A DNA stretch of 64,000 bases from assembly GCA_009923495.1 (NCBI GenBank), contig RFTJ01000003.1, positions 1,236-65,235 of the forward strand, read 5' to 3'. The notes beneath the pieces were generated by a model that searched no databases, was not told the DNA's origin, and saw only the letters and a program-made list of their open reading frames with translations. A program made the position numbers and the translations under genes. This document shows, in pieces, positions 7,314-17,830 of the stretch. How positions within the stretch are numbered: the stretch's first letter is position 1; each line of letters begins with the position of its first letter. Origin of the DNA: Actinomycetota bacterium (lineage in GTDB: Bacteria > Actinomycetota > Actinomycetes > S36-B12 > UBA5976).

Positions 7314-10300
7314 ATTAGGTCGGAAATCTGATCTAACGTCATAAAGTCGGATACTATTTCAATTTCGTCGTGACCGACATAATAAAAAGCAGCTTCAACA
7401 TTCTCTAGTGGCACCTGCATATGGCTAGCCCAGGCAGCCCGATAAGCGTGTAGCTGAAGTGGGTTGGCGGATCCAGGAGCTCCCGTTTTCCAATCAATCA
7501 CCGTCCACTTATCTGCTTTTGGATCAGAGACCGTGCCTGCAAAAATGGCGTCTATTCGGCCGATGAGCGGGCGACCACCAGCAATCAATGCGAATGGGAA
7601 CTCTAGGTCATACGGCATGCGCTGGCCAAACTTGCCTGATTTGAATGCAGTCTTCAGGTTTGCCAGAAGGGCATCATCGTAAATAGACATTTCAGCGCCC
7701 GCTAGTTCCTCTTCGAGGTTTGCCTGACGGCGCAATCCGTAATAATCCTCAACCCAACTATGGAATTGGGTGCCCCGGACCGCTTCTGGCGCAGGCTTTC
7801 GGGGCATTGGCCGCACTAGACTTCGGACAAATTCCGCTTCATCTTTTTGTAGGGCGACTAGCTGGCTGGCAGTTAGCGTCTCAGGCAATTTTACTAATTT
7901 CGTCTGTTGTTCAGCCTGCTGTAACAACTCTAAAAGTGCCGAAATGTCGCTGTCGAATGCCGAAATGAGTTCAGCTTCTGATTCCGATAGCTGCATATCG
8001 GTAATTTGGTCATCAGCGTTCTTCACTAAATTGGCAAGTTGTTGCAGGTATTGGAATTGCTCGTCCTCGATTGGCGCTGGCCATGTCGGCACAATCGCAT
8101 TCGTAAGTTGCGGATTCTTACCGGTGCCAGTCGCTGGCAACTCGTTACCCGTGCTTGTTGTTGCATGTTTGGCGATTTTCTGTAAGAACTCTGTTGGTCC
8201 CCATGCAGTTTTACTAGTAGGTGTTCCCCAATGTGAGCCGGAGGCTAGTAAAACTTTCTGGGCGCGAGTTGCTGCAACATAAGCCAATCTAGTTTCATCT
8301 AACGTATGCAGTTCTTTGAAATAGTCCTTATACGGTTGCATTGCTTTGCTGTCTGGATTTTCAGCCAACAAAAGTTCTAATACGCGAGCCTCAGTGATTT
8401 CCTCTTTCTTGAGCGCAAAGGGCAAGATGTCGGCGTTGTTCATCCAATGGCGACCGTCATACCAACCCGGGAATTGCTGTTTAGAAAGTAATGGAACTGC
8501 AACAACCGGAAATTCTAAACCTTTTGATTTGTGCGCGGTCATTACTACAACTGCATCATTGGTTAGGGAGAGTTCGCCCTTCGGTAGGTTTTCAAACTGT
8601 TCACCATCGGCCAAGAACCGCAAAAATGAAAACACGTCAGTTTCACCGTCTAAGCTGCGGAAAGCGCCAGCTAAATCAATCAATGCACCAAGGTGATCAC
8701 TTGCAGGTTTGCCGAGCACTGTTTGCTTCGCCAATGCCTCCACGCCAATACCCGTCTCGCGAATAATCCGAGTTATTGCATCAATAGCTGAATCGCCAAC
8801 GAATCTCCTAAGTCGACGCAGTTGCCCGGCAAGTTCGCCCATTCGCTCGCGCGCTTCTAGCGAATACGGATAGTTTGATTGACCTGCTTCCTCAAGGGCA
8901 TCTAGTAAGCAAACTTGATCGGCTGAATCTGTACTGCCGACTGCATGCTCGAGCTGCAGTTCCATTGATAAGTTTTTTTCCGCTTGGTAATCAGAGTCAG
9001 CAAGCCTGCGGGCGTGGCGACCAAGCACGGCTAAGTCACGTGCCCCGATCCGCCACTTTGGTCCTGCAAGTAAACGCACGAGTGCGGTGTTGGCGGTTGG
9101 ATGTGCCATTAACTCCAGATAACAAAGGACGTCGCGCACTTGCGGAAGGTGAACTAGCACCTGTGCATCCGCAACTTGCACTGGGATTCCCCGTTTTTCC
9201 AGGCCAGCGACAAAGCCTGGACCGTACTTTGCCGCCCGCAACAGGATCGCTATGTCTTTTGGTAGAACTCCGGAAGTCACCTGCGCGGCAACCTGATCGC
9301 AAATCCATTCGACTTCTTCTGGGTGCGTTTCCAAAATTGCCGTATGGATTTCTGCTGGGGCTGGATTAGTTTCACCTGCGACCAGTTCGACGATTTCCGT
9401 GTGGATGGCCCGCAGTCCAGAACTAAGTGAATTCGCCGCATCCAATATCAATTGGCCCGAGCGTCGATTAACCGAGAGATTGTACTTAGTGGCAGGCGAC
9501 CCATTTTTTCTAGCGAAGTCAGTGACAAAGTTCTCAATGTTTGTAACATCAGCGCCACGCCAACCATAAATTGCTTGACATGGATCGCCGACTGCCATCA
9601 CTGGGTGTCCATCGCCGAAGAGCCGATTGAGTAGAATTTTTTGCGACACTGCAGTGTCTTGGTACTCATCAAGTAACACCACATCATATTGGGCCCGAAG
9701 TAACTGACACACTTCATCAGATTTCACAGCCACCTGGGCAGCCAGGCGAATCTGATCCGAATAATCAATGATGCCTTCATCCATTTTTGCCTGCCGGAAT
9801 TCAGCAACGATTTGGGCAACTGCAATACGCCGCTTTGAAGCTTGAATGATTTTTTCGACTTCTTCGGTCGGAGCAGCAATTGCGGTAAATCGGCTCAGCA
9901 GATTTTGATCGTAAGTAATTACCGACTGGGGATCTACCAAATAATTCGAGCATTCTTCATCCAAATCAAGTACTGCACTAACCAATGTTTTTATGTTCGT
10001 GTAGTCCAAGCCGGTCAATGAAACTTTTGTACGAGCAACCACTCGCTTGGCAAGTTGGTGTCGAGTGGAATCAACTAGTAGTCGGGCATCTGGTTCAACA
10101 CCAATGCGCAACCCATGCTCTTTTAAAATTCGAGCGCCAAATGAGTTGTAGGTTGAAATAGTTGGCTCGCCAAACTCAACTTGGTCTTCCTTATTCAGGG
10201 GCACAGTTGCTAGTCGATATTCGAGCGCTCGCCCACCCCGAATTCGCACCGCGTGAGCTAATTCACGGGCAGCCTTCTTGGTAAATGTGAGTCCCAAGAT

Positions 10301-10504
10301 TTTTTCTGGGGCAACTGTTCCAGTCGCAATTAAGTAACTAATGCGTGAAGCCATAGTCGTGGTCTTGCCAGTGCCCGCGCCAGCGATGATGATGCTGGGT
10401 TCAAGTGGAGCCGTAATTGCAGCCCACTGCTCGACACTGGGTTCGATTGGTGGTTTTGAGGTATCAAGGTGAAATACTTCAGCAAATTCTTTAGGAGTTT
10501 TCAT
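7310..10504 (-). CDS. adnB: helicase-nuclease subunit AdnB-like (UvrD-like motor + RecB-type nuclease)
   Basis: Walker A GAGTGKTTT, motif LDEYQDT, and C-terminal nuclease motifs GRIDAIF...VIDWKTG. Start set to ATG 10504 (MKTPKEF), which overlaps the upstream stop as TAATG. Subunit naming is by gene order, as in mycobacteria. Confidence 0.75.
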   Translation of the reverse strand: MKTPKEFAEVFHLDTSKPPIEPSVEQWAAITAPLEPSIIIAGAGTGKTTTMASRISYLIATGTVAPEKILGLTFTKKAARELAHAVRIRGGRALEYRLATVPLNKEDQVEFGEPTISTYNSFGARILKEHGLRIGVEPDARLLVDSTRHQLAKRVVARTKVSLTGLDYTNIKTLVSAVLDLDEECSNYLVDPQSVITYDQNLLSRFTAIAAPTEEVEKIIQASKRRIAVAQIVAEFRQAKMDEGIIDYSDQIRLAAQVAVKSDEVCQLLRAQYDVVLLDEYQDTAVSQKILLNRLFGDGHPVMAVGDPCQAIYGWRGADVTNIENFVTDFARKNGSPATKYNLSVNRRSGQLILDAANSLSSGLRAIHTEIVELVAGETNPAPAEIHTAILETHPEEVEWICDQVAAQVTSGVLPKDIAILLRAAKYGPGFVAGLEKRGIPVQVADAQVLVHLPQVRDVLCYLELMAHPTANTALVRLLAGPKWRIGARDLAVLGRHARRLADSDYQAEKNLSMELQLEHAVGSTDSADQVCLLDALEEAGQSNYPYSLEARERMGELAGQLRRLRRFVGDSAIDAITRIIRETGIGVEALAKQTVLGKPASDHLGALIDLAGAFRSLDGETDVFSFLRFLADGEQFENLPKGELSLTNDAVVVMTAHKSKGLEFPVVAVPLLSKQQFPGWYDGRHWMNNADILPFALKKEEITEARVLELLLAENPDSKAMQPYKDYFKELHTLDETRLAYVAATRAQKVLLASGSHWGTPTSKTAWGPTEFLQKIAKHATTSTGNELPATGTGKNPQLTNAIVPTWPAPIEDEQFQYLQQLANLVKNADDQITDMQLSESEAELISAFDSDISALLELLQQAEQQTKLVKLPETLTASQLVALQKDEAEFVRSLVRPMPRKPAPEAVRGTQFHSWVEDYYGLRRQANLEEELAGAEMSIYDDALLANLKTAFKSGKFGQRMPYDLEFPFALIAGGRPLIGRIDAIFAGTVSDPKADKWTVIDWKTGAPGSANPLQLHAYRAAWASHMQVPLENVEAAFYYVGHDEIEIVSDFMTLDQISDLI

Positions 10505-13500
10505 TAGAGCACCTGCCGTCCTTCGCTTTGGGCTGGGCAAAGCATGCGCACTGCACAATAGTCACAAATCTTCTTTTCTACTCTTGCTTCGTAGCGCTCG
10601 TCTAAGACGATTGCCCCAGCTTGGGCCAACCGCTCAACTAGGGGAACAGCGTTCTTCTTATCGTGCGTGCCATTGGCCACCTGCTGAACCAGCGGAAGCC
10701 CTGGCGTTGCCGGATCTTCTAGCCGAAGGTTGATTAGCGCTCCAGCAGCAACAGTTTCGCCTTCATCAAGCGTTAGCTTGCGTTCTTGTTCGGAGTAGGT
10801 TCCGTTCTCGAGCAGATACGCATAGAGAGCCAACTGCAAATTTTTGGCAATGTTTGTCGCTTTTGATTTGCCAGTTTTGTAGTCAAAGACCACAACACCA
10901 TTGGCATTGAATTGAACTCGGTCGGCAGATCCGGAGATTGCTACTGAAATGTCGCGAGTTTGACCAGACTCGTTGGTTACCTGGAAAGTAGTCGCGTACT
11001 CCAAAGTAGATTCTGCAATACTGCGAACATCTGCATTTGCTTTAAACCAATTCAACAATCGCCCAGCAGCGTCTTTGGCCGAGGTCAATTCACTGTCGGC
11101 AATCCAAGGTGCTTCGTAAGGCATCGCTGGCCAGATTTTTTCGAGCTCTTTGTTAATTGCTGAAATATCTGGGGAAACTTCACCGCGTTGCAGACCTTGT
11201 GCAATTGAATGCAGAATTGTTCCGAATACCAAGTGGTTTGCAGTTTCAGCAACTGCAGAAACTTCGCGAGTTAAGAACCACCTTGCTGGACATTCCTCAA
11301 TTGATGTGACTTTCGAAGTAGAAAGTGAAACCGGCTCAAGAGGCTTAACGGTTGAGTTTTCAGTTCGTGGCAGAATCCCCCACCAATTATCTGGATCTGC
11401 GCTGCGTAAGGACGAAAATCCGGAATTTGCTAATTTTGCTAACCGCACCGCAACTGCTTGCTTAAGTGCCGGCGATGAATCCGAGCTAGCCAAAATGCGT
11501 CGTAAACCTGCGACTAATCCGTCAGGTGTAAGTGCACGTTCTGGACGGCCAGACAAACGCTCTTCGGTAATTACTGCCCCAGATGCGCGAAGTTCGTCCA
11601 TAAACCTTGACGGCGCTTGGCCATCATCCTTTTGATCCTCTGATACAGCAGTAACAATTACTTGCTGCATGGCACGAGTAAGTGCCACATAAAATAAACG
11701 TCGCTCACTGACCAGAATTTCATTGGTCGTTGTCGGCATAAGTTGCTCGTCTTTGCCAATGAGGTCTGCTTGAAGCAGCGTTTGTCGCCGGCGCAGGTCT
11801 GGCCAAAGATCCTCTTGTACCCCAGCTACGATTACCAGCGGCCATTCAAGTCCTTTGGCGCGATGGGCGGTCAGAATTCGGACATTGTCAGAGCGAACCT
11901 GATTGTCGGCCAGAGCTTCAGCTGGAATCTCTTGGGCCAGAATTTCTTCAAGAAAGACATGGATACCTAGCGCCCGATTTTGTCCGACAAAGCGATTGGC
12001 CTGATCAAATAATGAGCAGATGGCATCCAAATCTCGGTTAGCCCGAGCCGCTTCGCTGCCATGACCTAGCGCCTTTTGTAAGAGTCGCTCGGGCCAATCT
12101 GAGTGCTGCCAAATCTGCCACAAGATTTCATGTGCGGTGGAGCCACTTTTGCTTGCAACTCTAGCTTGATCAATCAACTTTCCAATTTGAAAAAGTTTTT
12201 CAACAATTTTCTGATCCCGAGGGTTCGTATTTGCTAACAGATCGTGATAGTCGTTGATCACAGAAACGAGTAATTGGCCTGATGGTCGGGCAACTTTTTC
12301 AGCAGACTTGTCCGCTTTGCGTAGCGCATGCATAAACCGGCGTAAGTCAACTGAGTCGATTTGGCCGATTGGACCTGTGGCAAGTGTGATAGCTACATCA
12401 GGAGTCAAGCGACTTGGGCGGGCAATAACTTCCAGAAATTGAATTAGTGGCGTTGTTGCTGGATCACGGTGTAGTGGCATTTCGTCGGCGGCAACTTCAA
12501 CGGGAATTCCAGCGGCGACCAATGCGCGGTAGATTACCGGAATTGAATTACTTGCTGACCTGACGATTACCGCAATTTCAGACCAGTTAAAACTTTCTTT
12601 GGCCTTGGCTCGCGAAATTAGATTTGCGATGTGGGCTGCTTGTGCACCTTCTGAGTCAAAAGTTAGTAGGCCAATTTTCCCGCCTTCGCTTGGGCAGTTG
12701 AGTGTGCGATGCGCGGTAATTAGGTCGACACTAAATTTGGCTGGAATATTCTCAGAGATGATTGCCTGTGCCGCATTTCGGATGTTAGCCCCAAAGCGTC
12801 GGCAGGTGGCAAGTGAAATGTTGGCAACAATATTATTGCCGTAAATTTCAGAAAAGTGATCGACGAAATCTCGAATTCCAGTTTCATCCGCGCCACGGAA
12901 GCCATAAATTGCTTGGTCGACATCACCAACTACTACCAAGGTGGTGTCTGCTGTCACTAGCAACTTTAAGAGTGCTACTTGGCCTGGGTCAGTGTCTTGA
13001 TATTCGTCAACGAAGATAGCACGATATTGACTCTGAACTTTCGTTGCGATGTCAGGGTTGTTGCGAAGTAGCTCTTCGGCACGAAAAATCACTTCGGCAT
13101 AGTCAAGTGCGTTTTCACTCTCGATACTCTGTAAGTAAGTCTCAAAAAATTGGCCGACTAGTTCCCACATCGGTCGACCAACCTGCTTGCCTAAGGCAGC
13201 TAAATTGGTCGGTTCCATCAGGTGAGATCGAGTTCGTGACATTACTGCCCTTAACTCTTCGATGAGTCCTTTAGTTTGTGCTGCCTCTTCGAGTTCAAGG
13301 GGTAACGAAAGAGTGCCGTCGGATAGCGCACCTAGAAATAATTCGCGCACTCTAACTTGCTGTTCGGGACCTGAAAGTAATCGTAGTGCAGAGTCAGCCG
13401 CTTCTTCAGGTTGGTACTTTCGCAATAAACCGTAGCAAAATGAGTGGAATGTACTCACTTGCGGAATGAGGCCCCCACCAACAGCTAGAGTTACTTTTGC

Positions 13501-13743
13501 TCGCCAATCAAGCGCAGCTCGCCGGCCAAAAGTTAGGCCTAGTACGTTGTCTGGATTTAACTTTTCGGGACCAGTCAATCGAGCCGCCATTGCTGAAACC
13601 AAGGTTGTCGTTTTTCCAGTGCCGGGGCCAGCCAGCACTCGCATCGCACCCTTACGATGTTCGACCACCTTCAATTGTTCAGGGTCTAGTGGTTTAGCTT
13701 GGTATGGCTCAGGTTTAGTTCGGTCAAGGATTAAGTCAGTCAT
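10504..13743 (-). CDS. adnA: helicase-nuclease subunit AdnA-like (UvrD-like motor + RecB-type nuclease with a 4-Cys cluster)
   Basis: Walker A GPGTGKTTT, motif VDEYQDTD, nuclease motif VVFDYKTGKS. Cysteines at IEECPARW and CDYCAVRMLCP fit an AddB-type Fe-S arrangement. Confidence 0.75.
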   Translation of the reverse strand: MTDLILDRTKPEPYQAKPLDPEQLKVVEHRKGAMRVLAGPGTGKTTTLVSAMAARLTGPEKLNPDNVLGLTFGRRAALDWRAKVTLAVGGGLIPQVSTFHSFCYGLLRKYQPEEAADSALRLLSGPEQQVRVRELFLGALSDGTLSLPLELEEAAQTKGLIEELRAVMSRTRSHLMEPTNLAALGKQVGRPMWELVGQFFETYLQSIESENALDYAEVIFRAEELLRNNPDIATKVQSQYRAIFVDEYQDTDPGQVALLKLLVTADTTLVVVGDVDQAIYGFRGADETGIRDFVDHFSEIYGNNIVANISLATCRRFGANIRNAAQAIISENIPAKFSVDLITAHRTLNCPSEGGKIGLLTFDSEGAQAAHIANLISRAKAKESFNWSEIAVIVRSASNSIPVIYRALVAAGIPVEVAADEMPLHRDPATTPLIQFLEVIARPSRLTPDVAITLATGPIGQIDSVDLRRFMHALRKADKSAEKVARPSGQLLVSVINDYHDLLANTNPRDQKIVEKLFQIGKLIDQARVASKSGSTAHEILWQIWQHSDWPERLLQKALGHGSEAARANRDLDAICSLFDQANRFVGQNRALGIHVFLEEILAQEIPAEALADNQVRSDNVRILTAHRAKGLEWPLVIVAGVQEDLWPDLRRRQTLLQADLIGKDEQLMPTTTNEILVSERRLFYVALTRAMQQVIVTAVSEDQKDDGQAPSRFMDELRASGAVITEERLSGRPERALTPDGLVAGLRRILASSDSSPALKQAVAVRLAKLANSGFSSLRSADPDNWWGILPRTENSTVKPLEPVSLSTSKVTSIEECPARWFLTREVSAVAETANHLVFGTILHSIAQGLQRGEVSPDISAINKELEKIWPAMPYEAPWIADSELTSAKDAAGRLLNWFKANADVRSIAESTLEYATTFQVTNESGQTRDISVAISGSADRVQFNANGVVVFDYKTGKSKATNIAKNLQLALYAYLLENGTYSEQERKLTLDEGETVAAGALINLRLEDPATPGLPLVQQVANGTHDKKNAVPLVERLAQAGAIVLDERYEARVEKKICDYCAVRMLCPAQSEGRQVL

Positions 13744-13862
13744 TGCTCCCTATTTCACCATGAGTTACTGACACTTTTGTGCCTATCCTGTAATTTTCAG
13801 AATTGGTTAATTTTCCTTCGGATTCGTGGATGTTTTCACATAGTTGCTAATTCAGGGCAAGA

Positions 13863-16271
13863 TTGGAGAACAAGGATTCGAGTAAGAGGATTGGGATGTC
13901 TAGCAAAGTGCGCCAGACTCTGGTGATTGAGGAAGCTGTCCTCAATCGGCGGTTGCGTCGACCCACAGATCTAGCTCGCTTTGCCTCAGTAGTTCTGACC
14001 ATTTTTGGTGTTGGCCTACTCGCCTATGTCGCTCACCAAACTACAAACGGAATTGATCAAGACATAACCCAGGGCGCGAACAAACTGCCGGGCGCAATAA
14101 TTTTGGTAGCAAACATCGTTAGTGGCTTTGGCGCAATTGTTTTTCCAGCAGCCATTTCCCTTGATCTGATGTTGCGCAAACGCGGACGCCAACTCGTGGA
14201 GTCGCTAGCTGGCATGTTGATTGCCATATTTTTATTGGCACTAAGTACCTGGGCACTAACTCGATTTGGTTCTATGCGGTTAATTACCGCTTTTGCCGGA
14301 TTTGGTAATCGTAATACCGCTACTCCGTTCAACGCATTGCTCGGCGGACTTGCAGCCTTGGTCACTGTCTCGCGATTAATGTCGCGACCAAGATGGTCGA
14401 TTGTTTGTTTGATTGTACTTTTCTCAGTCGGACTTGGTGACATCATTAGCGGTGGTGTAACTGCCGCCGGATTAGCAGTTTCAGTTTTAACTGGCTGGGC
14501 GGTGGGTCTATTAATTCGTTACATACTCGGCACGGATACCACCCGACCTTCTGGCAATGAGATTGCGGCCACAATGGGCACAATTGGCCATCCGCTAACT
14601 TTGTTGCGCGCGGCCAAAGTGCTAAATGCTGGCCGACGCTATGACGCAACAACTTCTGATGGCCAGCGGCTGGATTTGGTTGTCCTTGATCGCGACTTAG
14701 AAGGTGCAGGGTTAGCTACAGCCGCATATCGATCATTGCGATTGCGCGATGATGTTGGCAGTGCAAGCACTTCGATGCGAAGGCGCCTAGAGCGTACCGC
14801 TTTGAATAGTTGGGCAATTTCGACTGCGGGCATTAATACACCGCACTTGATTTCGGTTGCCGAAGTGGGACCAGATGCAGCAGTTTTGGCCTTTCATCAC
14901 ATACCAGGTCGTACTTTTTCTGATTTACCAAAGCCAATGGGAGATGCCGAACTAGTTGGTGCATGGGAGATTGTGCGCGATTTGCAGGCCGCCAGGATTG
15001 CTCATCGAAATTTAATCGCTGACAATCTTTTGCTCGGCTCTGACGGCAAGGTTTACCTAATCGGTCTTGAGGATGGAGTCATCGCTGCTTCCGATGTGCT
15101 GCTGCGGATCGATTTAGCAGAAGCTTTTTGCACACTTGCCATGGGCTCGAGTGCGCAGCGAGCTATGGCTGCTGGTCGGATGGTACTGGGTGATGTGCAA
15201 TTAGCCCGAGCACTACCCGCGCTTCAAGCGGTGGCCTTTTCCACTGAAACTCGTAATGAATTAAAAGATCACGCCGAGTTGCTTGTTGAGATTCGCGAAC
15301 AATTAATAACTTTGTTTCCGGAGGCAAAGTCCGAGCAAATCGAAATTGAGCGGATAAAGCCAAAGAGCTTGCTAACAATTGCAGGTGGCACCATTGCTGG
15401 TTATATTCTGCTAACCCAATTGGCACAGGTGAACTTAAATCAGTTAGTCGCCAATGCCAATCCGATATGGCTCTTAATTGGACTTGGACTTTCGGTATCC
15501 ACTTATTTTGCTGCAACACTTTCATTAACAGGAGTTACGCCAGAAAAGTTATCCTTTTGGAAAACTTTTCAAGCGCAATGGGCCGCTTCATTTGCCACCC
15601 TAATGGCCCCACCAACTTTGGGGTCTGTTGCAGTAAATGTCAGATTCTTAACCAAGCAGGGAATAAATAGTGCACTTGCCGGCGCCAGTGTTGCGGTGGC
15701 ACAGGTGCTGGCCTTTTTCAGTCACATCGGACTCTTACTGATAGCCGCAATTGCTGCGGGCACGGCAAATGATTTGTCATTTGCCCCACCAAAGGCCGCA
15801 GTCATCGTGTTTATATTCCTGGTACTAATAATTGCAGTTGCACTAAGTCTGGCTTCGGTTCGCAAGATAATCATCAGTCGCGTTAAGCCGATTATTGCCC
15901 AAGTTGTTCCGCGACTTGCCTCATTGATAAACCACCCAAGAAAGTTAGGTCAAGGTATTGGTGGTGTTCTGTTACTAAACCTGAGTTACTGTTTGTGCCT
16001 AGTTGCTTGTGTACATGCATTTTCGCCCAATGTTTCATTTGCTGGGGTGGCGCTTGTTTACTTAGGCAGTAGCGTGGTCGCCCAGGCTGCGCCAACACCC
16101 GGTGGCTTAGGTGCAGTTGAAGCCGCAATAGCGGCTGGATTAACGGCCACTGGCATCCAAGGAGAAATTGCCGTATCGGCAACACTGCTGTTTCGACTAT
16201 GGACATTCTGGCTACCAACCATCCCTGGCTGGATAGCATTTGGCCGCCTGCAGAAATCAGGCGATCTCTAA
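13863..16271 (+). CDS. polytopic membrane fusion protein: N-terminal TM block + kinase-like domain + C-terminal flippase-like (UPF0104 / LPG-synthase-TM-like) domain
   Basis: 802 aa from TTG. Hydrophobic helices cover aa ~40-225 and ~500-800. The central soluble region has a catalytic-loop-like AHRNLIADNLLL and IGLEDG. C-terminal GGLGAVEA motif as in the UPF0104 family (from memory). Confidence 0.6.
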   Translation: MENKDSSKRIGMSSKVRQTLVIEEAVLNRRLRRPTDLARFASVVLTIFGVGLLAYVAHQTTNGIDQDITQGANKLPGAIILVANIVSGFGAIVFPAAISLDLMLRKRGRQLVESLAGMLIAIFLLALSTWALTRFGSMRLITAFAGFGNRNTATPFNALLGGLAALVTVSRLMSRPRWSIVCLIVLFSVGLGDIISGGVTAAGLAVSVLTGWAVGLLIRYILGTDTTRPSGNEIAATMGTIGHPLTLLRAAKVLNAGRRYDATTSDGQRLDLVVLDRDLEGAGLATAAYRSLRLRDDVGSASTSMRRRLERTALNSWAISTAGINTPHLISVAEVGPDAAVLAFHHIPGRTFSDLPKPMGDAELVGAWEIVRDLQAARIAHRNLIADNLLLGSDGKVYLIGLEDGVIAASDVLLRIDLAEAFCTLAMGSSAQRAMAAGRMVLGDVQLARALPALQAVAFSTETRNELKDHAELLVEIREQLITLFPEAKSEQIEIERIKPKSLLTIAGGTIAGYILLTQLAQVNLNQLVANANPIWLLIGLGLSVSTYFAATLSLTGVTPEKLSFWKTFQAQWAASFATLMAPPTLGSVAVNVRFLTKQGINSALAGASVAVAQVLAFFSHIGLLLIAAIAAGTANDLSFAPPKAAVIVFIFLVLIIAVALSLASVRKIIISRVKPIIAQVVPRLASLINHPRKLGQGIGGVLLLNLSYCLCLVACVHAFSPNVSFAGVALVYLGSSVVAQAAPTPGGLGAVEAAIAAGLTATGIQGEIAVSATLLFRLWTFWLPTIPGWIAFGRLQKSGDL

Positions 16272-16272
16272 A

Positions 16273-17463
16273 TTAGTAAGTTGGCTTATCAGGTTCGATC
16301 TGATTAACCCACGCCAAAATTCCGCCGCCAACATGAATGGCGTCAGCGAAACCTGCACCCTTAACCACGGCTAGCACTTCGGCCGATCGACCACCAACTT
16401 TGCAATGCAGCACGACTTGCTTGTCTTGGGGCAAATCAGCTAGAGCGTTGCCAAGCAGGAATTCATTCTTGGGAATGAGCACTGCCCCAGGAATATTGAC
16501 AATCTCATATTCATTTGGCTCACGCACATCAATAAGAACAAAATCACGTTCACCACGCTCGCGTGCGCCAAGCATTTCAGCCAACTGCTTTACATTAATT
16601 GTGGAATCTACAACCGCGGCCGCGGCTTCATCGGAAACTGCCCCACAAAATGCTTCGTAGTCAATCAATTCAGTGACAGTTGGATTTGTACCACAAATCG
16701 CACAATCGGGATCCTTGCGCATCTTGATTTTCCGATATGTCATTTCAAGTGCGTCATAAACCATTAGCGAACCAACGAGTGGTTCACCAATGCCTGCAAG
16801 TAATTTAATGGCCTCATTAACCTGAATAGATCCGATTGCCGCACAAAGAACTCCCAGCACTCCACCCTCGGCACAAGATGGCACCATGCCAGGGGGTGGC
16901 GGCTCTGGATACAAGCATCGGTAACAAGGTCCATGGTCAGCCCAAAAGACGCTGGCTTGACCATCAAATCGGTAAATCGAACCCCAAACATATGGTTTGC
17001 CTAGTAATACGCAGGCATCGTTTACCAGGTAACGGGTAGCAAAATTGTCTGTGCCATCAACAATCAAGTCATACTGACTGAATAGATCGAGCACATTTGT
17101 CGAATCTAACCGAAGTTCATGAATGTTCACCTGAACATGTGGATTGATCTCTCGCACACTAGCTGCAGCACTTTGTGCCTTCGGGCGACCGATATCACTT
17201 TGGCCGTGAATAATTTGACGCTGCAAATTTGATTCATCAACCACATCGAACTCGACAATTCCGATTGTGCCAACACCCGCTGCCGCCAAGTACATCAATG
17301 CTGGGCTACCAAGTCCCCCTGCTCCAATACATAAAACCCGTGCGTTCTTTAGACGCTTTTGGCCATCCATTCCGACATCCGGAATGATTATGTGCCGACT
17401 GTATCGACGAACTTCGTCAACGGATAGTTCGGCCGCTGGCTGAACTAACGGTGGCAATGACAT
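16273..17463 (-). CDS. moeZ: adenylyltransferase/sulfurtransferase MoeZ (MoeB/ThiF domain + rhodanese domain)
   Basis: GAGGLGSP Rossmann motif, SNLQRQ, CYRC...C Zn motifs, and a C-terminal rhodanese domain with HCKVGGRS. Confidence 0.85.
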   Translation of the reverse strand: MSLPPLVQPAAELSVDEVRRYSRHIIIPDVGMDGQKRLKNARVLCIGAGGLGSPALMYLAAAGVGTIGIVEFDVVDESNLQRQIIHGQSDIGRPKAQSAAASVREINPHVQVNIHELRLDSTNVLDLFSQYDLIVDGTDNFATRYLVNDACVLLGKPYVWGSIYRFDGQASVFWADHGPCYRCLYPEPPPPGMVPSCAEGGVLGVLCAAIGSIQVNEAIKLLAGIGEPLVGSLMVYDALEMTYRKIKMRKDPDCAICGTNPTVTELIDYEAFCGAVSDEAAAAVVDSTINVKQLAEMLGARERGERDFVLIDVREPNEYEIVNIPGAVLIPKNEFLLGNALADLPQDKQVVLHCKVGGRSAEVLAVVKGAGFADAIHVGGGILAWVNQIEPDKPTY

Positions 17464-17605
17464 GAATGCTCCCTTGGCTGTGCACTACTAGTGGTAACAG
17501 TTTCTCGCATAACTATGTTCCCAGCCAAATGAACCCAGATGTAGTGTTTGGGTCAGTCTTCAGGCGATAATAAAGGCATAGGACATTAGAGAGATTGGCA
17601 TAGCT

Positions 17606-17830
17606 GTGGAAATTCGAATCAATGTACAAAATGCAAGCCGAGAAGTTGTTTTGGAAAGCAACCAAACTCCTGAAGATGTAGCCAAGTTAGTTAGCCAAGC
17701 AGTTGACAGCGGCGAATTACTCACTTTGGTGGACGAAAAAGGTCGACGCATTATCGTTCCAGGCGACAAGGTTGCTTTTGTTGAAATCGGCGCGCAAAGT
17801 TCTGGTCGGGTTGGCTTTGCTACTGCTTAA
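17606..17830 (+). CDS. DUF3107 family protein
   Basis: 74 aa from GTG. The MEIRINVQNASREVVLES... pattern and the position between moeZ and the DEAD-box helicase match other Actinobacteria. Confidence 0.65.
   Translation: MEIRINVQNASREVVLESNQTPEDVAKLVSQAVDSGELLTLVDEKGRRIIVPGDKVAFVEIGAQSSGRVGFATA

Noticed and set aside
7770-8282. 170-aa plus-strand ORF inside adnB (and similar ORFs such as 11150-11635, 35520-35948, 41682-42053, 51307-51813, 57488-57940)
   Set aside because: These are antisense shadow ORFs inside long, well-supported genes. They have low-complexity Ser/Ala/Cys-rich translations and no family resemblance.
10505-10558. N-terminal extension of adnB (MCSAHALPSPKRRTAGAL)
   Set aside because: It lies inside the adnA coding region. 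ATG 10504 gives a TAATG coupling junction and a normal N-terminus.
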